Below the pieces are notes generated by a model. It did not search any database, was not told where the DNA came from, and saw only the letters and a list, made by a program, of their open reading frames with translations. Of a DNA stretch of 64,000 nt, positions 47,550-61,719 are shown piece by piece. Source of the stretch: Acanthaster planci (taxonomy: Eukaryota); NCBI RefSeq assembly GCF_001949145.1, contig NW_019091356.1:799660-863659 (forward strand). Reading direction: 5' to 3'. Every line of letters begins with the position of its first letter. Within the stretch, counting starts at the first letter, position 1. The position numbers and the translations under genes were made by a program.

Positions 47550-50500
47550 TTAAAATATGTGATTTACTTTTTGGAACTCTTCAGCAATATCAACGGCAGT
47601 CTTGAATAGACCAATATCGTCCAGGTTTACAATTATTGCAACCGCAATTCCTTTTGGTAAAGACAAATCTCGGGATGACGCAATGTCATGTTTCATGGAA
47701 TTGTCATTTTGAGTTGGGCTATTGCCAAGACTGCTCCGTTTCAGGATGTCATCTTGGATGCTATTATTCTTCACTGGTTGACCTTTGCTGACTATTTCTG
47801 GTCGGCTGCAGTCCACTATAAGAAGCACACTGCTGGCCCCTATCGCTCCTCCCGTGTGCGACACCATTTGGTGTTTCTCAGGGCACAATCCTCGCTGCTG
47901 CTTCCCTCTTTCGCGAACGGCCCATCCCATAGTGTAGACACCCTCGGCATCCCAGGAACATTTGGTGAGGGGGACAGGGGACCAGATTGTTTTCATGGTC
48001 TCTGGTTGGAGGTAGCCTTGGGGTAGGCCGGCATCTGAGAAAAATCAGTGGCAGGAAATGATGAGACAATTTGGTATATCAAACACTCAAGGCCACTTGA
48101 GCACAAAGCATGTGTACTAGTCGGAGTATGGTGCTGAAAGGGTAGACCTTGCCAAAATATCTCTCTCTGAATGACCTCAGATGCTCTTAATTTAGATATG
48201 CACTGTTGGAATGTCAAATTGGTTCAGTATGACACTTGAAATTAATGAGCTGGCAACTTTTGAAGAAACTGCATCAGAAAATAGTTTTTGATATAATTCA
48301 GGCAGCAGTTTCATCATTTAACCTTAAGTACTAGGCATGCTGGTCAATCCAACAAAATCAAACAAGTCTCCCAATGTTTCTCATTGTTAATTCAGGAAAT
48401 CTACCAAAAATAGAGCTAAAGCCAACACACTCCTTTAACATACAGATCTAAGTGACATTATGCATGCTTTACTGGTAAAAAAAAATGAAAAGCAGATATA
48501 AAACGGTAAATAGTTTGATCCAAAAGATTCTCCTACCTCTGTGTTCGTCAGTATACTGATAGCTATATAACATAGCATTTCCAAACTGAATAAGGTCCTT
48601 GACATCAGATAGAAAGCCACCTCCAGCCCACTTGTGAGAAAGATTGACGGCCGGCACGTTGATCAGTTTGCCCTTCTTGTTCTTGGTGTAACCTCGAGCT
48701 CGGTTGTAAATCAACTTGCTGGCCTCATCGGGGACAGTGTGGGACATGCCTAGATCCTTGAAGATCTTCTTCATGTAGACTAAGAAGTCTTCGTCGGCTG
48801 CTGCATCCACGATGGCACTCACAAGTGTCCAACCATGAGTTGTGTACAAGAACTTGCTACCTTTTTAAATTTCAATTTAAAAACTCTCTGAAGTGCAAGA
48901 TAAGAACCGATCAAGGCTATTTGGCACTCGTATCTTGAAACTGATGATAAATTTGAACTGACTGAATTTCAAATCCGACACGCAAAACCTGAAAATTTGA
49001 CCTTAAGGGTGGAATTAGATGAAGTTGGAAAACCTGATGGTCCAAATACCATCTACTAGATGGTGTCAAATTTCCCCTACGACTGTTGAAATTTTGATTC
49101 TTGGACCTATTCAAATATCAGTAAATGTCATCATCAAACAGACCCAACTAACCTGGTTTGTGCACCAAAGGGTCCTCTTTGAAAACATCTAAGGCATCGA
49201 TGACCGAGGAGTAGTCCTTAGTGATGTAAAACTCTGTCTCCTTAGTGTCGTTTTCTCCCTTCTCTTCCGTGTTTTTGGGGGTGTCTTTGGATTTGTCACT
49301 CTTGGAGAAAATTTTGGAGTCTTTGGTAAGTTTGGAGATACCCTCTTTGTTGGACTGGTTCCCCAGCTTCTTGATGTAGTCTTTGTTATAGTGCCTGATG
49401 CCACCCAGGTGTGAAACCAACTGTCTTGTAGTGATGTCCACCTGCAGGAAAGAGAGGGCACAGACTAATGATTGTTTAACCCTATAAACATTCACGAGCA
49501 AATATTTTAGACATCTCTTTGAGTTGAAGAGAGGGTTAAATCAATATTTTAATTTAATCAACAGCAATGAAGAACATCCAAGCAGAGATGTGATTTAGAA
49601 GGCAGTTCTTGAACCTTCAACCAAGACCTTACCTTTTTTCCATCAACTTCCTTCTCGGGGAATTCTGGTACATAGTGCCGTATTGGTTGGTCTAGATCCA
49701 GTTTTCCTTCTTCCCAGAGTTTTGCTACAGCTGTCATGGTGAGAGACTTACTGATGCTAGCGATGCGATGAACGCCGTCACTTGAGCATGGAAGACGGTT
49801 CTCCACATCAGCATACCCAATTCCTGAAAATGATCAGTTGTCACTTTATTTAGAAAAAACCTGCATTTATAACCAAGTCTCAAAACTTTTTGATCTTAAA
49901 TTATTCCCAATACTTGCTTTTGCTAAAGGTAATATTGTTAATGAGGGAGGTCTATTCTGCCTGTAATCCATTCGTGACTTCATCTTTGCTTCCAGGTTAT
50001 AGCTTCATGGCCCAAGTCCCTGATTTGAAACTCCAAAACTTAACGAAGAGCATTTCCTGCATTCAAGTGTCTAACATGGTAACGAGGTTTGGACGGGTTT
50101 CATTTGGTTAGAATCACAAACACTACTTGTGGATCTTAAGACGAAGCTGTTGACACAGATAAAACCTAGATTTGGAGAAGGTCTCATAGCATTCAAGACT
50201 GAGCACCTCAATCCCTTCTTAGTATCTACAGCTCTTGTCCTCCAATTAACCAGCAATTTCTGTGAAGTGAGACTCTTACCCTCGGCCCACACAAGCCTCC
50301 CGTTGATGCTCACTGCTGCTACGATGCCTGGTGAACCAACCTCATCTTTGGCCCTCTGCAACAAATCTCTAGACCTTTTCATTGCTTCCTTGAGTCCGGC
50401 CTTCCCAAAGATCTCCTGCCTCCAGACAGCATCGCCAAAAGTATCCTTGTCTTTCCATTTAGCTTTCTCCTTGCATCCAGCCTCTTGAATACCTAAAGGC

Positions 50501-50721
50501 GATTCCTCATGAAGATGGTCATACCATAAACTGGTCACCAGTCCAACACCAAGAGCCATTCCTCCCCCAACTGTTGCTAAGATGGGCGTCCTCCATCGTT
50601 GGAATCCCGAAGACAGTCGAGCCTTACTGCTGTACGACTTTAAGCATTCCTTGATACCTGAGGTCAAGCCCCCAGATCGGGGTCCTCTGAGACACAGAAT
50701 GGTAGCTTTTGTACTGAACAT
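47550..50721 (-). CDS. LACTB: Serine beta-lactamase-like protein LACTB, mitochondrial, 5 coding exons
   Basis: Exons 50280-50721, 49633-49823, 49153-49441, 48537-48860, 47550-48034. Motifs KDEVGSPGIVAAVS, GYADVENR, RIASISKSLT (SxxK), HLGGIRHY, FLYTTHGWTL, KWAGGGFLS, HTGGAIGASS; basic N-terminal presequence. Confidence 0.95.
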
Positions 50722-51854
50722 AATTCACCAACTTTGGTAAATTTTGTTATTCCAATTTTGAGTTTCAAAGAATAAACGGGATTCTGAAACAAATACATAG
50801 TCAAACGGTAAGTTTTTATGCACACTGGCATCATTTTCTCCAACAGTTGCACCTCAGTGCCAAATCTCAACAAGTCGTGGAATTTAACAGTGAAATTGAT
50901 ATGCATGTAAATGATGTATGCATGCAGCTCTTCTTGGGCCAAGTTTGACATACATGTAATGATGTAGCACATGCGAGATACAAACGATATTACACAGGCC
51001 AATACGGCCATGATAGCCAAGCTTTGGCAGAGGACTACCTTCAGAACCGTGGCGTTCGTCGCCCACAGTGGATGGGGTGCATGGATGACGAACCCCACAG
51101 TTCGGGGGGGGGGGAGACATCCTCAACCATGTCAACTGACATCCTGTGCGTTATCATGTATGTAGCCAATAACCCTCAGAAACCTAATGTATGGCCTCTG
51201 TCTTCACTCATAACGTTATGCTCGTTCCAGTTCAACTGCATGCTGTAGACATGATGGTGGAATGTTGTCAGGTTGTGTCGAACACGCATGTCATTGTCAG
51301 TTACCATGCATAATCGATAAGTTTTTACTAATTTGAGTGTTTCACAAAAAAAATAAAATAACTTTTTAATGAGTAAACCTACTACTACTAGTAGTACTAA
51401 CTTACGTCCACACTGCAACAGCCCTACTCTATGCAGCCTTTGTACCCGGTACCCACAGACTGGCTTACCCTTCTTTTTTCCTCTGCTGGTAGGCACATGT
51501 TAAACTTAAGTCAGCGGTGCCACACATGCATGATTTGCAGCATAATACTTAATAGTAATGCAGTCACTAATCTAGTGCGTACTTAACACTGCGGTCAAAG
51601 GTCACTGAATCCAGTCTGGTAACCATTTCCGAATAGGACAAGTGTGTACCAGGGTTGCAGAATCAAATGGTGCACGATACGCGGCAGCAGACTATGCCAG
51701 GTAAGAACTGTGCATGTGTGCGAGTTACGTGTATTCTGTGATGTAATATGCGGATGCCGGATTTCTCTTGCGAACGTTCTTAAACTCCTATCCTGAGCCT
51801 CCGTAGCCGATGATTCGCAATTTACTCGGACAAATAAACCGACTGTCTTCAACA

Positions 51855-54800
51855 ATGTCAGCGTTACCTTATTTCGCCCAGGGTGAAGTTGTGAAAGGAT
51901 TTGGTAGAGGAAGCAAAGAATTGGGAATTCCAACTGGTAAGCCCTACCACGTTGAGTTCATTAACTTTCAGTCACGTTTGTAAACATGTTTAGGCTACCA
52001 TCATACCATCATCTGACCATGTTAATTGTTATTCATATTTTAGCTTAAACTTAGCGATTCTTGTAAATGATAAATTATTAATTATTTTTGTGTTTGGTTT
52101 ATTTTTATTACTGCATTTTTGATTCTATCTTAATTTCATACGTGTCATTTAGGCCTAGGCTAATATTATATTCAGTGTTTTTAATAAGTATGAAAAGATT
52201 TTATTTTTTGTCATGAATCTTCTATGCCTGTTCTCTTTTTCCCTCACGAAAATTTTTAACAACTAAAATACTTAAATTATGGGGCAAAAAATTAATAAAT
52301 CCAAAACCTGAAAAAGAGGCTAACGAGGAATAAAGAAGTTAGGAAGGGTCAGGAAAGTTTTTTATTTTTGTACTAAGATTAAACTGTATTTTTGTGGTTC
52401 TTGTTGTGAGTTAAATTTGCCATGTTAAACATAAAAAAATATTTGTTCCTTAGTTGCATTTTTAGCTAATGTTTACCCTTAGACTAGGGTCAGTCTTAGG
52501 GATACAGAGGTAGTCTAGCTTCTAGAAGTAGACTAGCTGTAGTCTGGGACTAGTCTTTTCATGCCCTAATTCCTCATACCAAGCAAATTTTGTGGACTGT
52601 TTTTGTAATTTGATAATTTTAGACATCCCATGGAGTGTGTTTCATTCCTCCATGGATATCCAATTGTTTCATTTTTATAATTGTCACATGTATATCCTAC
52701 ACTCTTTTTCTTTTTAAACTGTGGATTAAATAAATCCATAGAGAAAAATTAGGCCTCTCAAGCAAATTATAAAATATGCTCTACTCAAAAGTTGTAGTTA
52801 TTCAAATATTCCAACAGATTTCGCTACTTGTAGTTACAAATGTCCAACCTTAGAAAATGAGTACGTGTATGGTCCAACATACATACATTTACAAGTCCAG
52901 AGGTCACGTTGATGATGTCAGTTGCCCTTTGTGGTCAGCCTTGGGTTTGAAGGAACATGGCAAACAAGTAGCCCACGGTGTGACCTCTTGGCCTCTGTAG
53001 CTTTTTGGTTTTCCATGGGCAGTGAGCAAGCAACAGAGCCAATGGTACCCTGTTTCCTCATGGTTGGGTGGTTCCACCATGAAGCAATACAGAACTTATT
53101 ACAATTACATGCTTAGTCTCTGAATACTGTAAATAGACCTTTTTGTAGCTAGAAATCTTATTCAGTTTCTGCGTCTCTAGAATAGAATAGATCTGTCCCA
53201 GTATTTCACCTCTGCTTTCTGTTCTATAAATAACCAACCTAAGCCAGACTGAGTTGAAATTGACCATTCTTCACCAATCATAATTTGTCAACAACCTTTT
53301 AAAGACTTAGGCCCGGGACTTTGGTGCCTTGTGTAAATGTTGTTCTCCAACAAGTCTGTACACATGTACATGTACATGTCAAGTACATGTACAAATAAAT
53401 GAAGTGGACTTTAAAACGTATTAGATGGAAAACTCAGATAAAAAGAGATATATTTAGTACAGCATCACTTTCGTGAGATGGTACATGGAAGTATTTAAAT
53501 ACAAAGATACTCACTGAAGCATAGGGAACCAGCTTAAAGTTAAAGCTTAAAGTTCGGAAGCTGCCAACTCAATGCAAATTTTAATTTTTGTGTATACATG
53601 TAATCAGTCCCTAATTCATGGCAATGATCACAATACATGTACATGTACCATAGGGTCAAGTGTGCTGTGTACCAGAGAATTGAACTCAGTGGGATATGGG
53701 CGTTGTCCAAGCGGCCTTGTTGGTGCTTGTGATTTTACACCTACACCTGTAGTTTGCCAGTGCCATGTTGCCCTTGCCGCTCTACTTGCAGGGCAGAGTA
53801 GTGAAAGGTTTTAGACGAGGGAGCAAGGAGGTGGGATTTCCAACTGGTAGGTTGCTGAAGTTGTGTCCGGGACAAGTCACCGCAACTTTGCTTTCGCTTG
53901 CAGCAGCTTACCTTGGTATTCTGGTGTTTGTGTCTTCCAAGGATTCTTTTCATCATTGTTCATATGGACTAAGCCTTCAGCATTCAAAGCATTCGTCGTT
54001 ATTGCTTACTACAGGATTCTCGTGCTTAACCCTCAGTTTTGGAGATGTGGTGTGTTCGTACACGTACATATTCAGTTGAATATGGGAAGTGTAGGCTCTG
54101 TGCCATTTACATGCACAAAGATAGATGGTGAATATGATGTGACCTTCAGTATTATGTTTTATGGACTCGCTGGTTGTAAATTAAGCCCCCTTTAATTATT
54201 CCGAATTTAGTGTAATAAAAACTGATATATTGTGGTAGAAATCAGTAGGCATTGTTTCACTCAGAGTGTATGCATAGCCTTACTGGTAAAATGTGAACCA
54301 ATTCATTAAAGCCAATTGTTTGTTTGTTTGTTTTGCCAACAGCCAATTATCCTGATGATGTTGTAAAGCATCTACCCTCAGAGTTGACCACTGGTGTGTA
54401 CTGTGGCTGGGCTTCTGTAGACCACGGTGATGTTCATAAGATGGTACTAAGTCTAGGCTGGAACCCGTACTACCAAAACACCAAGAAATCAATGGTAGGT
54501 ACCCTATATAAACAGAAATTAAAACCACCTGCGAGTATCAAGTTGACTCTCAAGGGATTTTTAGCCATGTGTTGAAACAAAAGTTCAATATGAATCTGGG
54601 ATTTATCCAGGCACGTAGACCTGCTTTAGAATTATGTTTCCTTTAGCTGCATGTACATATACTTTATTTGCCACTTGAAACAAATTGTCAAAGAGTAAAC
54701 AAAAAAAATTGGTGCTGTAAAAGGGCAGGAGCTTCATGCTTGAAGAGGCAAGGCAATTTCTTATTTGTAAAGAACACTTGAATTAGAAAATCAACTTGTT

Positions 54801-55651
54801 TATGGGGACATTTCAATGGGCATTGAGGCACAGACCAGGGGCATCAAGGCAGTTGCCTCCAAGGTCATTGTGAAGTTCTTGCCCTGTATAAAATATTGAC
54901 AAAGGGCAAACAAATAGATTTATATGGTCCAATTTTTGAGGTGCAAACACCAAAATTAAAAATGTTTTTAAATCAAATATGTAGCTCTCTTTTAGTGGTT
55001 AATAAAACATAATTGTAGTTGTTGCATGTACTCTGTTCTATGATGGATGCAGTGCTGTTTAAAATTGCAGGAATTTCTCATTATTTGTTGAACACTTTGG
55101 TAGAATCATACCATCATACATGTACTTTTGATTTGTTTTCCATTTGTAGGAGACCCATATTATGCATCAGTTCAAGGACGATTTCTACGGCTCTAACCTC
55201 AGTATTGTCATATTAGCATTTATACGACCGGAGAAAAGCTTTACTTCATTAGGTGAGTATTGTAATTTTTGTGGCATTTAATCAAATTAGCCTATATATT
55301 AAGTGGTTGAAACCCAGAAAAAGAGAGTACCAAGATTTTTTGTGTCTGCACGTAAGAAAATTCTATTCTACCGAGCCAACCAACAGATTCCACAATCAGA
55401 GTGTTTGTTCATAGCCACAAATGGCATACATGTACTTGCTGTAATGGTACAATATTCTTTCTGTATTACTGAGACAATTTAAACAACCTAACTTCCTCCA
55501 TGTACTCAGTTTCTCGTTTATTGTCATACACTCAGATGAGTTAATAAGAGCTATTAAGACTGACATCGCCGAGGCAGACATGCTCTTGGACCGGCCTGAG
55601 AATAAGATCTTCCAACAGGATAACTTCTTCAATGTGGACTCCAGGTTATGA
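51855..55651 (+). CDS. RFK: Riboflavin kinase, 4 coding exons (using exon 1a)
   Basis: Exons 51855-51936, 54343-54494, 55150-55252, 55536-55651. MSALPYFAQGEVVKGFGRGSKELGIPTAN, GVYCGWA, KMVLSLGWNPYYQNTKKSMETHIMH, FIRPEKSF. Confidence 0.95.
53765..53846 (+). CDS. RFK: Alternative (duplicated) first coding exon 1b of RFK
   Basis: 82-nt exon encoding MLPLPLYLQGRVVKGFRRGSKEVGFPT, ending G|GTAGG; same length and phase as exon 1a. Confidence 0.8.
54722..54885. mobile_element. MITE-like element in an RFK intron
   Basis: AGGGCAGGAGCTTCA ... TGAAGTTCTTGCCCT inverted termini. Confidence 0.5.
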
Positions 55652-56482
55652 TGATGTAGCTTATTTAAAGTTTTATTAGGTAGTCCGTTTAATAGAAATA
55701 TCTCAAGGTATTCTTAGGTAAATGCTGGCCAAGGAATTCTAACTCAGGATCGGGTCTTTAGCCCAACTCTTGATCAATGTGCTCTAACTTTGGTCGTCAT
55801 GAAGTTAGCTGGTGGAGTCGTATTTGTTGTCAGTTGTCACATCAGCTGAAAGGTCCCTAGTTTGTGGTGTTGTTACTACAAGAGAAGAAAATTCTTTGGA
55901 TATTTCACAGGTCAGCAGGAAGTTAGGTTTTCAGACATGATCATGCATCCTTTATCTCAGCTTGTAACATTTGCCCAGAATGTCTTGACCAGTGTTGTTA
56001 GCACTGTATGGTGTTCTGTAACCTGTGTCCATTACATAGCAGCATTATGATATGGAACCTTGGCGGTGTTGCACCGTTGATGACTGATACCATGCTATGC
56101 ATTATTTATTGCCATTCCATTATGATGACAACTTAACAAGTATTAGAGCTAATGGTCACAGCGTTTTATTGGTTCACACTTTAAACCGATATTGGATTTC
56201 GGTCATGAATTTCACACGATAGTATGTAAACTATGGAGTTCAACCTTCGTGGAAGGTTCAGGATGGTGTTGATGAAATGTGTTATGAAATAATCATTTTT
56301 CTTAACTTTTTAAATTCATCTTAATTTTTCTGAAAGATAAGGACTTACAGTTTTTATGTATCCATCATAGCATTTATAAGATCGAAATATATTGGAGGAT
56401 GAAGTTGATTTAGTAAAAACGAGTTGCTGTATTTTTTTGTTCATTTTCTTGGCAATGTGTTAACTCATACTAATTTGGAATT

Positions 56483-56654
56483 NNNNNNNNNNNNNNNNNN
56501 NNNNNNNNNNNNNNNNNNNNNNNNNNNNNNNNNNNNNNNNNNNNNNNNNNNNNNNNNNNNNNNNNNNNNNNNNNNNNNNNNNNNNNNNNNNNNNNNNNNN
56601 NNNNNNNNNNNNNNNNNNNNNNNNNNNNNNNNNNNNNNNNNNNNNNNNNNNNNN
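56483..56654. other. Assembly gap
   Basis: Run of N. Confidence 1.
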
Positions 56655-58095
56655 CTGCCCTCACTAGTTATCCACTACATACAATGTCAAGTGCAAAAAT
56701 GCCTCGAGTGATATATTTATCACCTGCAAAAATGGCATCTGGACTACTCTTGGCAGTGTTTGCTTGAAAAGGGAGCAATGGTAACCTCAAGAATAGTACT
56801 TTAAAAAATACATGTAAAATCATTGATTTGAAAACATTCATGATATCTCAAAAGTTAGTCTGAAACTGTTGCAGTCACTCTGAAGTCTTTGAGATCATTT
56901 TTCAAAAGTTAGGGAAAGTATCAGCTTGGGTCTCCATTGTCTTTGGGCTTTGATTTCCAAAGACTATGGCCCATTTGGGGTTTAATTTAATGAAAGTTTG
57001 GAGACTGTTTATTGCATATGTGTACAAGCAGGAAAGGCTTCTGAATTTTGGGAGATGAATCCATTTTGGAATGAGATCTGGGTTTTACAGGTGGCCATAT
57101 TTGGCTTTTGAATTCTAAAAGAATGAATTATTTCATTAGCTGGATTGCCGCTGCTTTAATTAAAGTAACCATGAAAGAAGTAATTCCCACATTGACAAGA
57201 AAAATGAATTGTCAAGCTAACAACAGCATCCAGTGACAACTTTGGGTTAACTGTACTTTTTCATTGTTCGCTGTTATGTGCATATAATTAGCCATTTCCA
57301 ATGTTGTAGAAACTATTTCTGTGTGTATATCTGTCACTTTTTCTGCATTTCTTTATTTATAATTGCACTTCTGCAAGTTTAAAAACGGTTGAAACAAAGG
57401 AGGTGTGTAAAATAAAGGGCCTGGTGTCTATGTGGAAAAAATATTTTTGTGCAAACGGTGCATAGCTTACCAATAAAAGGGGGAAAGCCTTTGAATTTTA
57501 ATTGAACAAATGATTTAATTGTTCTCTGCAGAGCACCAGAGACATAATCAATATTGTTGAACTTATTGTGGTGTGAATAATATCACAAGGACAAATGTTT
57601 AGTGTACATTTATTGAGGGATCAGAATATGTTTTACATGTTGCAAGGATTTGTAATAAAAACTAAGGTATACACTGAACTGCATTGTAATGCTGATCTTT
57701 TTAGTCTCTGCGTATTCTCCACAAAACCTAGCTGGAGCTTCTTGCTGAAGGCACCACATTTTTGGTACTTTTACTTTCCGACTCTAAATATGGTTATGTC
57801 CTAACCACCAACATAAATAAAGACAATTGTGATGATATTTGAGAATCTGAGATTGGCACAAGATGATGTATAACCTAAATAGTTTCAAGGAAAATGGACG
57901 CATTCAAATGGAAATTGTCACTGCATTTACAAACCACTCCTTTGAGAAATCACATTTCTCTGCACCAGACAAAACTGTAGATAGCGTGTCTTTACTCTTG
58001 AGCTCTAACAGTAGGTATCATCCACATTTCAAGCCGACAACAGTCTTTCCCAAGTCTCCCCTTGTGTTCAAAGCAGGTCAAAGTTCAAGACGGCA

Positions 58096-60287
58096 CTACG
58101 TTTCTGGTGATGCTGCAGCAGCCTGCCGGCGCCGCTTCATTTTCCCCTTATTGATGTAGTGTAGGACATCCATCTCCACAGGAATGGTTTCTACTTGGTT
58201 CACCGTGACATTGACTGTGTATGTGCCGTAGTCTGTGATTGGCTGCTCAGGTAACTCCAAGGCGTGCTCTGCAACTACGACACCAAGCTGGACAAATGAA
58301 AAAGAACAGAAAGCACTAGCAACGATCATAAAGTTGATCCAATATCTAAACATTTCCAGTAAAACCCTACAAAATAATTCAGGTTTGTTTCTGATCTGCA
58401 GTCCCCCCCCCAAAAAAAGTTGCAGGTTTGGGTGAACAGGATCCAAAGAAGTTTGAAATATCTCTATGTATGAAAGTCCAATTTCAAAGTTGTCTGCATT
58501 TTCCACTTAAAGCAAGGCTACAAAATTACTTCCTCATAACTTATTATCCAGTCAGTTATAGAGGTTTGCGGTAGCGGTATTGGAATCCTGACGACGGACA
58601 GAGCGTACTGTCTGAAATGTTGAAAACCCTCCGGTTCTTTTCAGAACCACACATACTCACCAGAGAGTATCCTTGCATGGGTGCTTCTGCAAACCTCTAC
58701 AACTAACTTGCTACATACCTTCACCTTTAAAAGCTTCAAAGCTCAACCCATATCCCTTATGTAATTTCTGCTCTTGAGTATTTTTCAGTTCTCTTTCTGA
58801 TTCAGGACACCAAGAATTACAATAGAAACCACAACACGAACAGGCAGAATAAAAGTAAACTCACATTCTTGTCAAATGCGTGTAGGACTGCCTCTTTAGG
58901 AAGAACGTCCCACCTTGGAAAGGGACGAACTCTGACAGTCAACTTGTTCTTCTTCAGGTATGCAATGGTCTGGAGTTGATAAAGAAGCAAGTTGAATCAG
59001 TGACAGAATGGTTAAGAATTATACATTTAGCCCTAACCTTGCTAGATGCTGCACAGTGCAACAGGGGTTAAGGTCTGGTGAACTTTGTTGCCAAATAAAC
59101 TGCCTAATTTGCAACACGTCAAGCTGGTCCCATTGAACAATGTCACTGTTAGATACTGTGCTCCCTGGTAACCTCAGACTGAAAGACCAACTAGGTACAA
59201 AAAGACTACATCACTCTCCCAAAACCAACAACGCCAAAATGTATTTTTCAATTTGGATCCTATTCTCAACAAACTGATGTTGAATCAAATCTGGACTTAC
59301 TACTTACATGCACAGTTAAAAACGACTTGTGGCATCGAGTCTAAATGTTTTTAATCCATAATGTTTATACCTTAAGGGCGGTTGGTGTCATTACTTTCCG
59401 AGTTCCTTCTTTTTCTTGTTCCTGAAAAGAAAAAAGCAAACCAAACGGATAAAATTACACTTGCACGAAACAAGGCAGCAGAAAAATCAAATGACAGTCA
59501 ATACACATCTAATATAATATACATTACCAATACACATTACTCCCGGTGCTAACTTCACTTACTTTTCTCTCCAGTTTCAACTCCTTAATGTTTTCTGGGG
59601 AGGCGTAAACAGCTAAATTCTTGTCCAAGAGCTTGTTGCGAGCGATGCTCCTCTCTACAGCAACAATATCCCCTCTGGAGCCTATCCCTGTTCACATAAC
59701 ACAATGCCACATACCATGCCCTCAAATGAAGATACAACATCCTAGCTTCAAGACTTTAAAGCTTTAGCATCTAGTAGCGGATAGCCCATTACATGTAGCT
59801 ATACTACAAATAAATTATTTGCAATATGTTACCATACTCTTGGTAAAAATGCTGTCGCATAAATGGTCCCATAAATATTTCTTAGTACTAGAGGAACAGT
59901 ACATAGTTCTTACGTGGTACATCTTCTGTGAGAATGACTGGAAGCTTTGGTTTGGGGTCATGCATTGTATCACGCTCAAAGACATAGACATAATGACTTG
60001 TCTTTGTGCGATGGGGTTTTCCTCTAAGCTTAGGAATAGGGGGTGGATAGCGTCGTCGCAACTTCACAGCATTCTGCAAATAAGATTGTCAACGAAAACA
60101 TGACTCACAATTTTCAAAGAAAGAAGTTACTTGTAACAACAAAATTGTGACTTGAAATAAATCAAAATAGCAAAGCAACGATAACATTTCTTACTCTCTG
60201 CTGCTGCCATCCCATGTAAGTGATGGGTGCAGTCCGACATAAACTTCTCAACAGTTGACAACCACTGGCGAATGTTACCAGCGCCAT
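58096..60287 (-). CDS. MRPL9: Mitochondrial ribosomal protein bL9m, 6 coding exons
   Basis: Exons 60195-60287, 59914-60073, 59563-59687, 59371-59421, 58865-58969, 58096-58287. Presequence MALVTFASGCQLLRSLCR; L9 N-domain VILTEDVPRIGSRGDIVAVERSIARNKLLDKNLAVYASPEN; C-part LGVVVAEHALELPEQPITDYGTYTVNVTVN. Probable 5' non-coding exon ends at 61259. Confidence 0.9.
58554..58704. mobile_element. MITE-like element in an MRPL9 intron
   Basis: AGTTATAGAGGTTTGCGG ... CTGCAAACCTCTACAACT inverted termini. Confidence 0.6.
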
Positions 60288-61719
60288 GATCCTCTGGTTG
60301 GGTCTGCACTAGCGGAAGAACTGTATGGTAGGAATATATAAATCATGTCAAAAAAACTTCATGCATGTTGGCAACCAAGATGGGAAGAACAAGTTGAATG
60401 ATAGTTATTGCTCTGTTACATCACATCCCTGGCTTACCATACTTTTCACCGTCTGTACCTTTTAAGCTGAGATTCCAAAAAGCTAGGCTTATTATTCTAC
60501 ACCAAACATTTGATGCATGCAATGTGAGGAAAGGATTCCATATACTGCGTGGACGACATTACCTTTTCCCTGCAGTTACCTATTGTCCATCTGTAAGCAA
60601 TAACACGTCCTCCAAAAAAGTCAAAGTTATAAAATGAAACAAAGGATTCCTCAAAACTGCCCTGAGCACTAGCTCGCAAGCCAGGAGAAGTCTTAGCAGT
60701 GGAAATAGGATCTTACAGAAACACCTAGATTGGAATTTTTCACACCAATCTCATAGGGTTTGTGCACAGGGTGGGATATGGAATTCTAGCCCTATGAGAT
60801 GCCAGGCCACAAGATGCCAGGCCAAAATGATTTGCACGTCACACGTTTACACTGTAAATTTGCACATTTTGGATTTTAAGCCTGGCACTGTGTAATCAAC
60901 ACGATGAGTAGAGCATTGCAATTTTTTTACCAGTCAATCACACATGCCACGTGGCTGTACCACTACCAGTCAGCCACTGCACCAGTGCAGTGGCAGTGTG
61001 AAGTTGGTTACTCTCGTTCGACATTCAGACCACCGCAGACGTTTACTTAGGCCATGTATACATGTTAGGTCTAGACTAGTACTAGGCCTATGTAGGCCAT
61101 AGACATGATGTATGAACTATGATGAATGAATGATGATGATGGAGGAAGTTTAATATGCCTGGCATTTAACACACTTATTCTCAAAATTCCTGTGCAAATA
61201 TAAAGGAAACTGATATAATAATAATATTAAAATAAATTATCACATCGAAATCACGTACCTTTGCAACTGAGCAGTGCTTTGAAAAGATGTATTTTGTGCA
61301 TGAAGTATCCTAACTCTTTCGCATGGACGCCGCCATGTTGAAAATGTATGCCCTCGATCGAAATTATATATTATCATTGAGAATTTGTTTTCATTTTTAC
61401 AATCTTACATTCAAATAATTTCATTGTAAAATTATATACTATGTTATTATTGTTTTATAAAAATAATTCTTTTTATTATTGAAATTTATTTATTGAAATA
61501 CGGTCACGACGGTACACTTAAAAATAACCCTTACTACAGAGGAAACAAAAAGAGGCGGGTCAGCGGGTCAGCAGGTCGCAGATATACGGATGAGTTGATG
61601 ACTGTTTACCAAGTTAGCTGGCGGGCCAAGGGATTAACGTGTAGTTTTAATGTAAAGTTGTCTCGGCTGAAGTTCTGCAGAAACCTTCATGAGCACTTTG
61701 TGAACAAACCTTTGTAAAA

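Noticed and set aside
47550..50721. Horizontally acquired bacterial beta-lactamase
   Set aside because: It is an intron-containing gene with a mitochondrial presequence and the motifs of ordinary metazoan LACTB.
58665..58675. GTATCCTT U12 donor-like sites (here and near 50441)
   Set aside because: They lie on the strand opposite the host genes and are not at exon boundaries.
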